Part shown: piece by piece, positions 1 through 8,750 of the stretch
How the letters are laid out: the number at the start of each line of letters is the position of its first letter
Position numbering within the stretch: position 1 is the stretch's first letter
Assembly (NCBI GenBank): GCA_036507075.1
Contig: DASXQR010000098.1
Coordinates: 1 to 27,677 of the forward strand
From: Acidobacteriota bacterium
GTDB lineage: Bacteria > Acidobacteriota > UBA6911 > JACQSX01
Length of the DNA: 27,677 nucleotides
Direction: 5' to 3'
Notes under the pieces: generated by a model
The model's database searches: none
What the model was told of the DNA's origin: nothing
What the model saw: the letters and a program-made list of their open reading frames with translations, nothing else
Position numbers and translations under genes: made by a program

Positions 1-636
1 CACCAAGGGCCAGGGAGATGCTCACACAAACACAAGACGGTTTGGAAAAATTCAAGTCAGAACTTTGCGTATGAGGGCCTGTGGAAATCAGTTCGGATTT
101 TCGCTATAGGCGCTTATATTCGGGATCGCTGGGTAGCCCTCGCAGGTCGGTTTGTGCTCAGCAATGAACATCCGAAGCCCAAGAAAATACAAGTTCAACC
201 CGTCCCTGATGTTCTTGCCTATCATGTTGAAGTCGCGTACCAGCAGTTTTCTGACTTGCTTGCTTCAGTGGTTGAAAAAAATGTTATTCCTGATCCTCTC
301 AATACAACCGCGACTAACAAATCTGATTTCCGCCTCGAGTGGGAAGCCACCCCGTGGGAAGACCCGCGACGACGGGAACGCGCAGTATCGAATGCTTACG
401 GACTTAACCGGCCGATGATTACCTTCCAGCGCCAAGCTGGTCCGCTCCAGGAGCTCATCCATGGAGATCTCCTTGAAAGGGCCGATCGGAGGCTCACGCT
501 CAAAAAACCTGCTTACAAGGATCTAAGCGACCTGCTCTCACGGCTGATGCCCGGACACTCGTTTTCGATGGTCACAAATCAGAATCAGGTAGTCCAATTT
601 CTCGCACCGCTTCCTTTCGACATAGATGTGAATTGA
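1..636 (+). CDS. Hypothetical protein, 5'-partial (cargo of the upstream element)
   Basis: The frame of ORF 154..636 is open back to base 1 (HQGPGRCSH...YEGLWKSVRIFAIGAY...) and stops at TGA 634-636; no recognisable motif. Confidence 0.6.
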   Translation, partial: HQGPGRCSHKHKTVWKNSSQNFAYEGLWKSVRIFAIGAYIRDRWVALAGRFVLSNEHPKPKKIQVQPVPDVLAYHVEVAYQQFSDLLASVVEKNVIPDPLNTTATNKSDFRLEWEATPWEDPRRRERAVSNAYGLNRPMITFQRQAGPLQELIHGDLLERADRRLTLKKPAYKDLSDLLSRLMPGHSFSMVTNQNQVVQFLAPLPFDIDVN

Positions 637-736
637 ACGCCTGACACATTAAGGGGAAGAATTGAAAATTTGACGCGTTGCTGAGGTCTAATTGAAAGTC
701 GAACAGATCGATGAGATCTGACGTGCTCTAAAAATG

Positions 737-757
737 TTGCCAAAAATTTGCCAAAAA
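737..757 (+). repeat. Tandem TTGCCAAAAA repeat, probable integrase arm-type sites of the upstream element
   Basis: TTGCCAAAAA at 737-746 and 748-757 (11-bp period), about 120 bp before the tRNA-derived core; same geometry as the repeat before the 18354 core. Confidence 0.55.
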
Positions 758-874
758 ACCTATGTTTTTGGCCCTAAATGACTTAGTCGAGAAATTGTCG
801 AAGATCCCTCGAACCTGCAAAAGACCAATCAATTACAGTGAAATTGACGAATCAATCCAACATGGTGGCCCGGA

Positions 875-922
875 CTCATAACCCAAAGGTCGCGGGTTCA
901 AATCCCGCCCCCGCTACCAACC
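875..922 (+). repeat. att core: 3' half of tRNA-fMet (attL of this element, probable attR of an upstream one)
   Basis: CTCATAACCCAAAGGTCGCGGGTTCAAATCCCGCCCCCGCTACCAACC contains the CAT anticodon loop, T-arm and acceptor 3' end with CCA; no tRNA 5' half upstream; repeated at 18354-18401. Confidence 0.92.
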
Positions 923-936
923 ACTTTGAACTCGAC

Positions 937-959
937 AGCCACCGCAAGGTGGCTTTTTT
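937..959 (+). terminator. Rho-independent terminator after the tRNA 3' fragment
   Basis: AGCCACC-GCAA-GGTGGCT stem-loop followed by a T run. Confidence 0.85.
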
Positions 960-1003
960 GTTGGCGTTGCGGTGATGAGGCTGGTGTTATTCTTTTTTAC
1001 AAC

Positions 1004-2197
1004 CTACTGAATTCGATTGCTTCCAGGCCGCAAGTTGGGAGCAACTGGTGAGCAAGTCTCAAAGACCTTTTTCGCGATTGCTTCGGTTGCTTCCTTGGTT
1101 CCCTTGCCGTCTGAATGCAAGTAGATGTCGCTCGTCGTCGACATCCTCGAATGACCCAGCAGATCCTGAGTCCCCTTGAGGTTCTGCGTTTCGGCATGCG
1201 CGATTGTCGCCGCGGAATGCCGGAACAGGTGAAAACCGTATGCTCGCGATGATCGTTTGATTCCTGCGGTATCCATCGCCGGATACAGGACCTCTTTTCG
1301 GAGGTAGTTCGGGTCGCACGGACTACCATCGGCCTTGCAGAACACATAATCGTCCAGGTCGGTGAAGCCGGAAGATGCATAGTGCGCTTCCAACAACCGG
1401 CGCAGTGCGTCGGGCATATGAAGCGTCCGGATGCTCTTTTTCGTCTTCGGGGTGACAAGCTGGCTGCGCCAGAGACTGTGTGTGACACTGAGCGTCTCGG
1501 CGTGCCAGTCGATGTTCTTCCACCTAAGCCCGAGAGCCTCTCCGCTGCGCAGACCCGTGACGGCGACGCAGGCAAAGAGTGTGCGCCACGGCGCCGGTAT
1601 CTGATCAAGCGTGGCTTGGATTTCCTCCGCCGTCAGGACCGCCTTTTCGGCCGGCTCTGACTTCGGTCGGTGAATCTTTCGCCTGATCGGACTCGACTCA
1701 ATCAAGTCGTATTCGACTGCGACATCAAACATTGTGCGAAGCATCGAATACAGATTGAGCTGATAATGCGTTGCCATCCCGTTTTCCCTATGCTTCTGGA
1801 AAAAGCTGGTCAAATGAATCGGCCTGATCTGGTCCAACGTCAAATCTCCTAACGCCGGTTCGACATGCTTTCGCAGCATGGAATCGTACGAATACTGCGT
1901 TGAGGGTTTGATGCCTTTATTCTCGAGGTACTGCGTCCACAAACCACGAGTGAAGTCGCGAAACACGACGGGAGCCGGCCGGCCAGGACCGTTGTTGCGT
2001 TTGTTGATCTCGGCCATCGTTTTGCTGAGCTCCGCCAGCGCCTGCTTCTTCGTCTGACACCAATCAAGCCTCTGCGATTCAATTTTCCATCCACCGTTGC
2101 TCTCTGGGTCTCTGACTCTGTAGCGCACAAACCAGACTGCGCGCCCATTCTGCTTTCGTTCCTCGACCCATCCACGTTGAAAACTGGTGCGAGTCAT
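1004..2197 (-). CDS. int: Site-specific tyrosine integrase (phage/ICE type)
   Basis: Catalytic set TGLRSGE (R), TPKTKKS (K), FHLFRH (HxxR), LLGHS (H), SDIY (Y); N-terminal arm-binding-like segment; lies next to the att core. Confidence 0.95.
   Translation of the reverse strand: MTRTSFQRGWVEERKQNGRAVWFVRYRVRDPESNGGWKIESQRLDWCQTKKQALAELSKTMAEINKRNNGPGRPAPVVFRDFTRGLWTQYLENKGIKPSTQYSYDSMLRKHVEPALGDLTLDQIRPIHLTSFFQKHRENGMATHYQLNLYSMLRTMFDVAVEYDLIESSPIRRKIHRPKSEPAEKAVLTAEEIQATLDQIPAPWRTLFACVAVTGLRSGEALGLRWKNIDWHAETLSVTHSLWRSQLVTPKTKKSIRTLHMPDALRRLLEAHYASSGFTDLDDYVFCKADGSPCDPNYLRKEVLYPAMDTAGIKRSSRAYGFHLFRHSAATIAHAETQNLKGTQDLLGHSRMSTTSDIYLHSDGKGTKEATEAIAKKVFETCSPVAPNLRPGSNRIQ
1037..1055 (+). repeat. 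Arm-type tandem repeat, attL copy
   Basis: GGGAGCAA-CTG-GTGAGCAA; related copies at 2440, 7868, 9341 and 18252. Confidence 0.6.
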
Positions 2198-2400
2198 TTT
2201 CTCTCCTTTCTTTTTGACTCGCCCTGTCGCTCAAGCTTTGCAAGGTAGAGCTCCAGCCCCCGCCGAACCAGATCAGAAGCAGGCATTCCGAATCGCCTGG
2301 AAGCTGCCTTCAGATTCTGCAGCTCCTCGTCCTTAAGGCGGATGGGAAAGGTTTTTCCTCTCCTGATATGGTCGGGAAGTGGTGGCTTACCCGCAGGCAT
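2194..2400 (-). CDS. Ribbon-helix-helix (CopG-like) DNA-binding protein
   Basis: TFPIRLKDEELQNLKAASRRFGMPASDLVRRGL fits the RHH pattern; stop overlaps the int start (ATGA). Confidence 0.8.
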   Translation of the reverse strand: MPAGKPPLPDHIRRGKTFPIRLKDEELQNLKAASRRFGMPASDLVRRGLELYLAKLERQGESKRKERK

Positions 2401-2426
2401 AAGCGTATGTACCGTATTTCATCCTG

Positions 2427-2699
2427 TCAACGTTTTGTGTTGCTCACAAACTGCTCACGTGCATCTTTTTTCGGCGCGTTTTCAGCCGTTTGCGAATCAT
2501 GTTGGGTGGGAGACCCAACCTTATGATTCTCCAGCCACTGGCGGAAGCTCTCAGACTCCGGATCGAACCTCACGTACTTCCCGAGTCTGATGTGCGGAAT
2601 GGCGTCGGAACTGCACTTGCGCGTCCGGTGGTATATCCACGACCGCGCAACCTGAAGATGTGCGGCAAGATCTGAAATTGTCCAAAAGTATTTGTTCAT
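2427..2699 (-). CDS. Excisionase-like helix-turn-helix protein
   Basis: WTISDLAAHLQVARSWIY...IPHIRLGKYVRFD is a typical HTH_17/Xis pattern; AAGGGAG RBS. Confidence 0.85.
   Translation of the reverse strand: MNKYFWTISDLAAHLQVARSWIYHRTRKCSSDAIPHIRLGKYVRFDPESESFRQWLENHKVGSPTQHDSQTAENAPKKDAREQFVSNTKR
2440..2458 (-). repeat. Arm-type tandem repeat inside the xis 3' end, upstream of RHH-int
   Basis: The minus strand reads GTGAGCAG-TTT-GTGAGCAA. Confidence 0.6.
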
Positions 2700-2756
2700 A
2701 GGTATCTCCCTTGCGTGCTCAATTAGTCTGAGAGTTAGATTTTGGAGAAAATTGTT

Positions 2757-2833
2757 CGTCCCAACCGTCCCACTTGCGTCCCGCCGTTCGACGCTCAGTG
2801 TGCACTTGGGACGAAAACGGGACGGTCGGGACG
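2757..2833. repeat. Symmetric iteron-like palindrome, putative replication origin
   Basis: CGTCCC at 2757, 2766, 2777 and GGGACG at 2808, 2819, 2828 (spacing 9/11 mirrored as 11/9), immediately downstream of the ATPase stop. Confidence 0.65.
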
Positions 2834-2838
2834 CAGAT

Positions 2839-3552
2839 TTAGGCGTCCCTTCTAAGCGCGATGTATCTCGTGCGGTTGCCGCCAGCCTCTCTTTCGAAGT
2901 TCACTTGAACTCCAACAAACCGAAAATTGCTTGCGATCCGACGAAGGTGGTTTGACAGAGAGCGAGGTGTCCTCGGCCACTCTCTCTGATTCACCACGTC
3001 CTCTGAAGCAAATTTGTTCAACACGATGAGAAGATCCGAGGCCGTTCCCCGCCAATTTCGCCTCGACGCGCTTGTAACGAAGCTCATGATCACGCCACCA
3101 ATGGGACTGGCGTCGAGCGCCAATTCGTTCGCGGCTTCGCGATTGCCTCTATAAATCTTCAAAAAGGAACCGGCTTCCAGCCCGAGTTCGCGCTCGACAG
3201 CGCTGATCCACCGCGCGAAATCTGCCATCCTCGGAAGCCGTTCGAGACTTACGGTCGGCTCCTCGCGGAGTGCTGCTGAGGTCATGTCTAAGAGTGCGCC
3301 GAGGATGCGCGGACGGGCGGTCTCAAAGCTCGAAAGGAAGTGTTTCTCGTCCCTCCGATTTACGTCGTCAATTCGCGGCAGATAAATGATGATGGCACGA
3401 TCAAGCAGGTCGCTTCGGTTCACAATCTCCTCGATGCCGGTGAGAATCACGGGACGTTGTGCAGTCAGGAGAGTCTCATCAGCATCCGAATAGAGTTCTC
3501 GTGTTGAGAAGCCGCCACCACTGGCCAGACGGCAAAGTGCGTCAGGAGTCAA
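2839..3552 (-). pseudogene. C-terminal part of a primase-associated ATPase/helicase, N-terminus lost
   Basis: DALCRLASGGGFSTRELYSD...RPVILTGI...RSDLLDR...RMADFARW resembles MGE ATP-binding proteins; no Walker A/B before it and no convincing start. Confidence 0.75.
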
Positions 3553-3583
3553 CTTCTCCGAGTGGTCTGTTGAGGTTCAGTTT

Positions 3584-4273
3584 TTGGAGGCAGTCCGCCA
3601 GAATCTTGATACTTGCCGAAAAGACGTGCGAGCTGCAAGGGACCGAATTACAGCACTGAAGTCAGGCAAGACGCCGATCACCACGAGCATCCTGCTGGAT
3701 CTTCACCACACGCTCTGGGACGCCGTTGCGACGGCTAGTGATTTTGCAAGTCTTAATAACGACTACAACAGAAGGAGTGCTCTCGGTGGAGAGTTGATGC
3801 GGGTTTCCACAGCGGCGCGTAAGGCCCTGGTCCAATTCTATGGCCTGTTTTCAAGACTGCTCATGGCACAGGAACAGGAGATCTTCGAATTTCAGGCCGC
3901 AGCTCGCCCTACGCAGGAATCTGGTGCGCAGCAGAAAAGGAAGGGTTGGGGATATGGGTCACCCGAGGAATTAGCAGGAATTGACGAGATTTTTGTAACC
4001 AAAAAATTGGACACCGAGACCTATGAACTTGTTGTTAACAAGCTAGGTGGGGCCCTCCCGCAGCTACGGATACTGCCTGATATTGCACGAGCGAAAGTTC
4101 TCTTCGGAATAATGCCAAGAGCAGACGGTAATTTTCAGTGTTACGTTCTGAAGTTCGACGATACTGTTCCTAAAGGAGCGCGGATACTGATGGAGTCTCG
4201 CCAGCCTCTGCCCTGCAATGCCTGCATCGATCGTTTCATCAGTGCGTACAAAGCCGCAAACAAGTTGCCATAA
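3584..4273 (+). CDS. Hypothetical protein (helical N-terminus, C-terminal CxxC); may be 5'-truncated
   Basis: 229-aa ORF with a TTG start close to the junction with the truncated ATPase. Confidence 0.6.
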   Translation: MEAVRQNLDTCRKDVRAARDRITALKSGKTPITTSILLDLHHTLWDAVATASDFASLNNDYNRRSALGGELMRVSTAARKALVQFYGLFSRLLMAQEQEIFEFQAAARPTQESGAQQKRKGWGYGSPEELAGIDEIFVTKKLDTETYELVVNKLGGALPQLRILPDIARAKVLFGIMPRADGNFQCYVLKFDDTVPKGARILMESRQPLPCNACIDRFISAYKAANKLP

Positions 4274-4303
4274 CGTGGGATGGTCAAGTAACGTTCTAAC
4301 CTC

Positions 4304-5158
4304 ATGCGAGTTCCAACCAGTAGGCGCGCGATTCTGATCCAATTTCTGTACAGCTTAGGTTGCGCTTCGGCCGGGTACCAGGAAACACCGAGGTGGACGA
4401 TAGGAAAAACCAAACTGCGCGAGCCTGCTGGGAGTCTGATGGCTGAAGTAGAGCAACTCTATGGCGAACCTGTCAGAATCGAGACAGTTAACAATCTAAA
4501 GACAACTCGCAAAATATATGCGGAGGCAACAGTTACACCGAATGGAAACCCCGTTGTCAGTGTCGATCCGATTGTTCAGTCAGACCAAACCGAGTTGATC
4601 CATGAGTTGCTTCATTTGAAACTCTGGAAATTTGGTTTTCCAGACAAAGTGTTGTTCTTACCGATCGACGGAAATCGCATTCTCTTGAGTGCAGTTGACG
4701 TTTGGACGGTGAGCGTTCATAGCGTGATCTATCGCGAGATGCGAAAGATCGGTTTGGATCCTACTTCTCGGGACAGAGAAGAATTAGATGAGCTGATTAA
4801 AGGAGGTGTTGATCCGGCTGAATGGTTGCCTTCACCAGTTCGCTCGGCCGCAGCAAAACGAGCGATTCGTGCGTTCGTTTACATGAGAATCTACGTCGAA
4901 TGTGACGATCAATCCTCACTATCAAAGCTTGATAAATGGTTTGAGCGTCGAGGCTGGAATGAGGAGATTCGTGTCGGTAGAACCGCGGGCAAGGTGATGA
5001 TGCAAATGGATAAAGGACCAAACGGCCGGCTTGATGCGACGATAAAGGCATTAAACATCCTTCATGATGGTCGGACTTTATTCTTCGTTGAATCTTTTGT
5101 CCCCGATATCAGGGGTAAATTTGTGAATCGGAAACCGAAGATCGTACCAAGGACGTGA
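4304..5158 (+). CDS. Putative zincin-like metallopeptidase, possibly exported
   Basis: HExxH motif (LIHELLH) with a downstream His (VHSVIY); basic/hydrophobic N-terminus (SRRAILIQFLYSLGCASA). Confidence 0.6.
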   Translation: MRVPTSRRAILIQFLYSLGCASAGYQETPRWTIGKTKLREPAGSLMAEVEQLYGEPVRIETVNNLKTTRKIYAEATVTPNGNPVVSVDPIVQSDQTELIHELLHLKLWKFGFPDKVLFLPIDGNRILLSAVDVWTVSVHSVIYREMRKIGLDPTSRDREELDELIKGGVDPAEWLPSPVRSAAAKRAIRAFVYMRIYVECDDQSSLSKLDKWFERRGWNEEIRVGRTAGKVMMQMDKGPNGRLDATIKALNILHDGRTLFFVESFVPDIRGKFVNRKPKIVPRT

Positions 5159-5467
5159 CCTGAGTCTCAAACGCGTCGTGGGCGTCGACCGCATTTCCCA
5201 ACTCGATTCGGTCGGTGGCGAGAAGGGCACGAGCTGGTGACTGGGTAAGCGCTCAGGTGTCCGGTCACTGGCGTACTCCGCCTAAATGTTGGGAGTTAAC
5301 CAAACGGCAGCATCGATGGCTGCGGTGAAACTCCCGGCAGCCATAGAGGAAAGCTAGTCTGCAAAGGAATGACTCATCTGTCTTTGTAAAAAGGCGACAC
5401 TGATAATAATTAGTTTTGGCAACCATTTAGCACCCGATGGCGTAACTGTTCTAGAACAGACACTCGC

Positions 5468-6286
5468 TTGCTTGATACCCTAAAGGAGTGTTGCACTCAG
5501 GTGAACGCGTTGATTGAGGAAATGGAATCGCCCGTCCCGGACAACCGCTGGCAAGCTGATTCTTTGCGCTTCACGCTCTTTCCGACAATCGGCCTCGCGC
5601 CACCACAATCCTCTTGGTGGGCGAGAATAGTTGGAGACGAGCCAGAGACAAGCGTTTCACAGCCTCGACAGGGAACATTGATTGAATCTGGCGCCTATGC
5701 CGGCCAACAGTTAACTCTCGCCATACAAGCCAATCGGTTGGATTGGACAGTTACGCCATCCGAAGAGTCGCAACAATCCGAAGGGCCACCTTCCATAGGT
5801 CCCTTTGCGGAACGGTTGGAAGGTTTTGTGCGCCTTATCCACACCTGGTTTAGTTCCCCTAGCTGTCCAAAAGCCAAAAGGCTCGCATTTGGGGCAGGAC
5901 TTATACAGAATGTGCCAGATAGGGCGACAGGTTACAGACGACTCCAGCCGTTCCTTAAAGCTGTTAGTCTCGATCCTGATCGATCATCAGATTTTGTTTA
6001 CCAAATCAACCGACCAAGAAACTCCAAACGCATGGCTTCAGGTCTCAAGCTTAATAGGCTGTCCAAGTGGATGGTCGCGATTTGGTCGAGAGCGTTAGTG
6101 CTTGAGCCAGCGCTAACGTCTAATCCAATAATCAGGACCCAAAAGCATTTTTCCCAGAGGCTCGAACTCGATATCAGTACCGATCAAGAGTTTCAAGCGG
6201 AGTTTGCACCTTCAGATGCTGCCCAAATCTTTAGTGAATTGGTCGATCTGGGTATCGAGATTTCGATAAACGGAGACATTCCGTGA
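5468..6286 (+). CDS. TIGR04255-like hypothetical protein (gene 1 of a three-gene operon)
   Basis: RLDW, RLAFGA, YQINRPR and LELDIST pattern recalls TIGR04255-like proteins; the true start may be 5501 or 5522; stop overlaps the next GTG. Confidence 0.6.
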   Translation: MLDTLKECCTQVNALIEEMESPVPDNRWQADSLRFTLFPTIGLAPPQSSWWARIVGDEPETSVSQPRQGTLIESGAYAGQQLTLAIQANRLDWTVTPSEESQQSEGPPSIGPFAERLEGFVRLIHTWFSSPSCPKAKRLAFGAGLIQNVPDRATGYRRLQPFLKAVSLDPDRSSDFVYQINRPRNSKRMASGLKLNRLSKWMVAIWSRALVLEPALTSNPIIRTQKHFSQRLELDISTDQEFQAEFAPSDAAQIFSELVDLGIEISINGDIP

Positions 6287-7110
6287 ACGAGCGCATTTTG
6301 ACATTGACTACATTGAGGAGTCAGGAGGCTCAATTCGGGTGCTTTGCTGAGGACGAGGCTGGGACAAATCTTTCTGTAGCTATTGAGCGCTGGATCCTCG
6401 GGAATGCTGTCGATCCTTTGAGGGGCGTTGCGCTGGTTTACCCCGGGCTCGTCCTAATAGAAGCGCCGGATACGGTGGATGTTTATCCCGCAGCCACGGT
6501 TCGAACATCTGAGTACAGATCCGAGCATGCGTATTTGTTCGATTTTTGGGTTCACGATCTCAACTTTGCAACTAGCCGGAGCTCAGAGCAGGGGTGGGTA
6601 ATTACTTCAGAGGAATCCAGCAAACCCAAGCACCTCCAGCCGACAATCACGATGCGCGTGGAACCAATACCGGCCACTCAGACCGATTTTTACATCGTAC
6701 ATCAGCAGGCCCAGAATTTGTTTCGCAACTCCTCTGATGACATTTCTGAAGACGGTATCGAAACCGACTTCTCGAAAAATCTTACTAAATTGATAACCAC
6801 TTATGGGGATTTGGCAATTAAATCCATTAGCCGAATCATTCTAGGAAGCAAATGTGGCCAGGTGCTGGCTGGAGAAGCCTTGCGGTGGATCGGTCGAATC
6901 AAGGATCCGGCTACACACACACAGAGAAGGTGGCTTCTTGAGAAGAGCCTCAACTCACCGTCAGCCTATGTGAGAGACGGCGCCAGCCTCGGCCTTGTCG
7001 CTCTAAATGACGCCGATGCCATCCCCGCCTTACGGGTCGCAATTGAAATTGAAAACCTGCCTCTAATTAAAAAGGCTTTGCAACAGGCACTTCAAGAACT
7101 GGAGCATTAA
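6283..7110 (+). CDS. Protein with C-terminal HEAT-like repeats (gene 2)
   Basis: LEKSLNSPSAYVRDGASLGLVALNDADAIPALRVAIEIE is HEAT-like; GTGA overlap with gene 1. Confidence 0.7.
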   Translation: MNERILTLTTLRSQEAQFGCFAEDEAGTNLSVAIERWILGNAVDPLRGVALVYPGLVLIEAPDTVDVYPAATVRTSEYRSEHAYLFDFWVHDLNFATSRSSEQGWVITSEESSKPKHLQPTITMRVEPIPATQTDFYIVHQQAQNLFRNSSDDISEDGIETDFSKNLTKLITTYGDLAIKSISRIILGSKCGQVLAGEALRWIGRIKDPATHTQRRWLLEKSLNSPSAYVRDGASLGLVALNDADAIPALRVAIEIENLPLIKKALQQALQELEH

Positions 7111-7115
7111 GGCCA

Positions 7116-7622
7116 GTGTCCTTTGTTCTGAGAATCATCAAACTACCGAGATGGAGTGACATGGCTCCAGACTGGGTTGCTCCGGGAGATATCGCTGCAG
7201 ACCCACTTTCTGATCTATGTACGAATGGTCATCAACTTTCGTTTTACGAAATAGATGACAGCATGTCCAACTTGGATCTCGTAGTGGCCGCACATGCTGC
7301 GACCAGGGACACATTCAGTAATTTTGACTATGTCCTGCTGGAACGCCAGATCGTGGAGAAGGACTTCGTGATTCAACCCTCTCCGGGCACAACTCCAAGT
7401 GACACTGCGAACTCGTTCCATCTGAACTTTTCGAGGATGACCGGAAAGGGTGTGGCGAAATTGGCATGGTTGATGAAGGAGCATGGCAGAATAGAAAGAA
7501 TCCAGGAGCCTTCTGTACGAAGTCTTGTTCTGGTGGCGGTGAAAGCAGGGAATGTGATCCTAGATAGAATGAAGCCGGGATTTGCAGAAAAGGTCAGGAC
7601 TTTGTTAGGTGATGCGAGTTAG
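7116..7622 (+). CDS. Hypothetical protein, tentative ADP-ribosyltransferase/RES-like fold (gene 3)
   Basis: N-terminal strand Arg (VLRII), DLCTNGHQLSFY and GTTP...ANSFH; starts 5 bp after gene 2. The fold call is an inference. Confidence 0.5.
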   Translation: MSFVLRIIKLPRWSDMAPDWVAPGDIAADPLSDLCTNGHQLSFYEIDDSMSNLDLVVAAHAATRDTFSNFDYVLLERQIVEKDFVIQPSPGTTPSDTANSFHLNFSRMTGKGVAKLAWLMKEHGRIERIQEPSVRSLVLVAVKAGNVILDRMKPGFAEKVRTLLGDAS

Positions 7623-7867
7623 GAAAACCGGCTGTGAGCCGCCGTTCGATAATTCACATCCCTGGATGTAACCTCTCTTCAGGTTTTGTCTTGCTGCCAC
7701 AGGCCGTGCAGTGAAGAACCATCGGCGTTCGGTTTGAAAGTCCAGGCATGAATCGAACTCTTGATGTTTGAATCCACCCGGGTCGAGCGGTTCCCGAGGC
7801 ATCAATTTTGGCGGCTAAACCCAACAACAATTGTAACTGCCTGCCAGATTTACGTTATTGCTCGTTC

Positions 7868-7886
7868 GTGGGCAGTTGGTGGGCAA
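7868..7886 (+). repeat. Internal arm-type tandem repeat
   Basis: GTGGGCAG-TTG-GTGGGCAA in intergenic DNA. Confidence 0.5.
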
Positions 7887-8151
7887 TTCTGATTTAAAAT
7901 TCCAATTGCCGCCAGCGAGATTTCGTGGAATGAACATCCCTTAGGCGTACAACAGAACGATTTGACGAGGTCGTAAAGTGAGAAAATCCTTCAAACCTAC
8001 CAGTGTCTGAATGCCTGCGCCGATGCCGACGAGAAGAATGGCTGCGTCAGTTCGTGATTCCAAGGTTGCAATGTTGTTTGACCCACTGTCCAGTCGAGTT
8101 GATGATTTCTGCACAGGTCGCGCAGACGATTTTCGTACGACCGAGGGCCGA

Positions 8152-8616
8152 TTAAGTAGAGAACGATTCGTCCCTTAACCGATATTCTCGTAGTATCGCC
8201 GTGTAAACCTCGTCGAACTTTCTCATTACAAAATCATTCACTCTGCGCGGAATTCCATTTTCAGACCGAAAGTTGTACAGAGATTGGTGGACGGAATATC
8301 CTGGCACCCGGCGATGATCGCCAAACCGATCCAAGAGGAAGGCTGGCCAGTTCCAGTCATTGGCGGCGAAATAAGGCAGAATCTCTTCGAGTTCATCGAT
8401 AGAGAGGACAGTAAGGGGCCAAACTCTCGGGTTCGCCTCTCGCAGCTCACTTTGGAAAAGCCGGTTGAGATATTCGTTTATCCCGAATGATTCCAGGATT
8501 GGTTCATAGGCGATTAGGACCGGATAAATATTCGATCCGCGACTTACTGGCAACCTTCCGTTCAGTGCTGAGAATACCGCTCGAGACGCAGTCCTGATAA
8601 GCTCATACTGATCCAT
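8152..8616 (-). pseudogene. C-terminal fragment of an unknown protein fused in frame to the first 12 codons of istA
   Basis: [12 protein letters not shown] (istA start) continues without a stop into AVFSALNG...IYPVLIAYE...PLTVLSIDELE. Confidence 0.7.
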
Positions 8617-8741
8617 CCCAATCATCCTTCTCCTCTGTCTCTGCTGACTTCTTCGCAAAAGCCAGACAGTTGTGACAGAGGTCGATTGGGGTGGGTCACT
8701 TTTCGGTATCACTGCCGCCTCAGGTGGGTCATTTTTAGATT
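8580..8741 (-). mobile_element. Isolated IS21-family left end (inverted copy of 10128-10289)
   Basis: ~162 bp near-identical reverse complement of the IS21 left end, lacking the terminal ~12 bp. Confidence 0.88.
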
Positions 8742-8750
8742 GGGTTCGTC

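Noticed and set aside
845..922. Complete tRNA-Met gene
   Set aside because: No D-arm or 5' acceptor strand complementary to the 3' end; only the 3' half is present. The same applies at 18354.
1004..2197. Integron integrase (IntI) serving the attC array
   Set aside because: The protein has a phage-type N-terminus and tRNA-att context; I see no IntI-specific insertion and no attI next to it.
7970..8003. Degenerate third att core (TTCAAACCTACCA)
   Set aside because: Only two 6-mers match the core; too weak to call.
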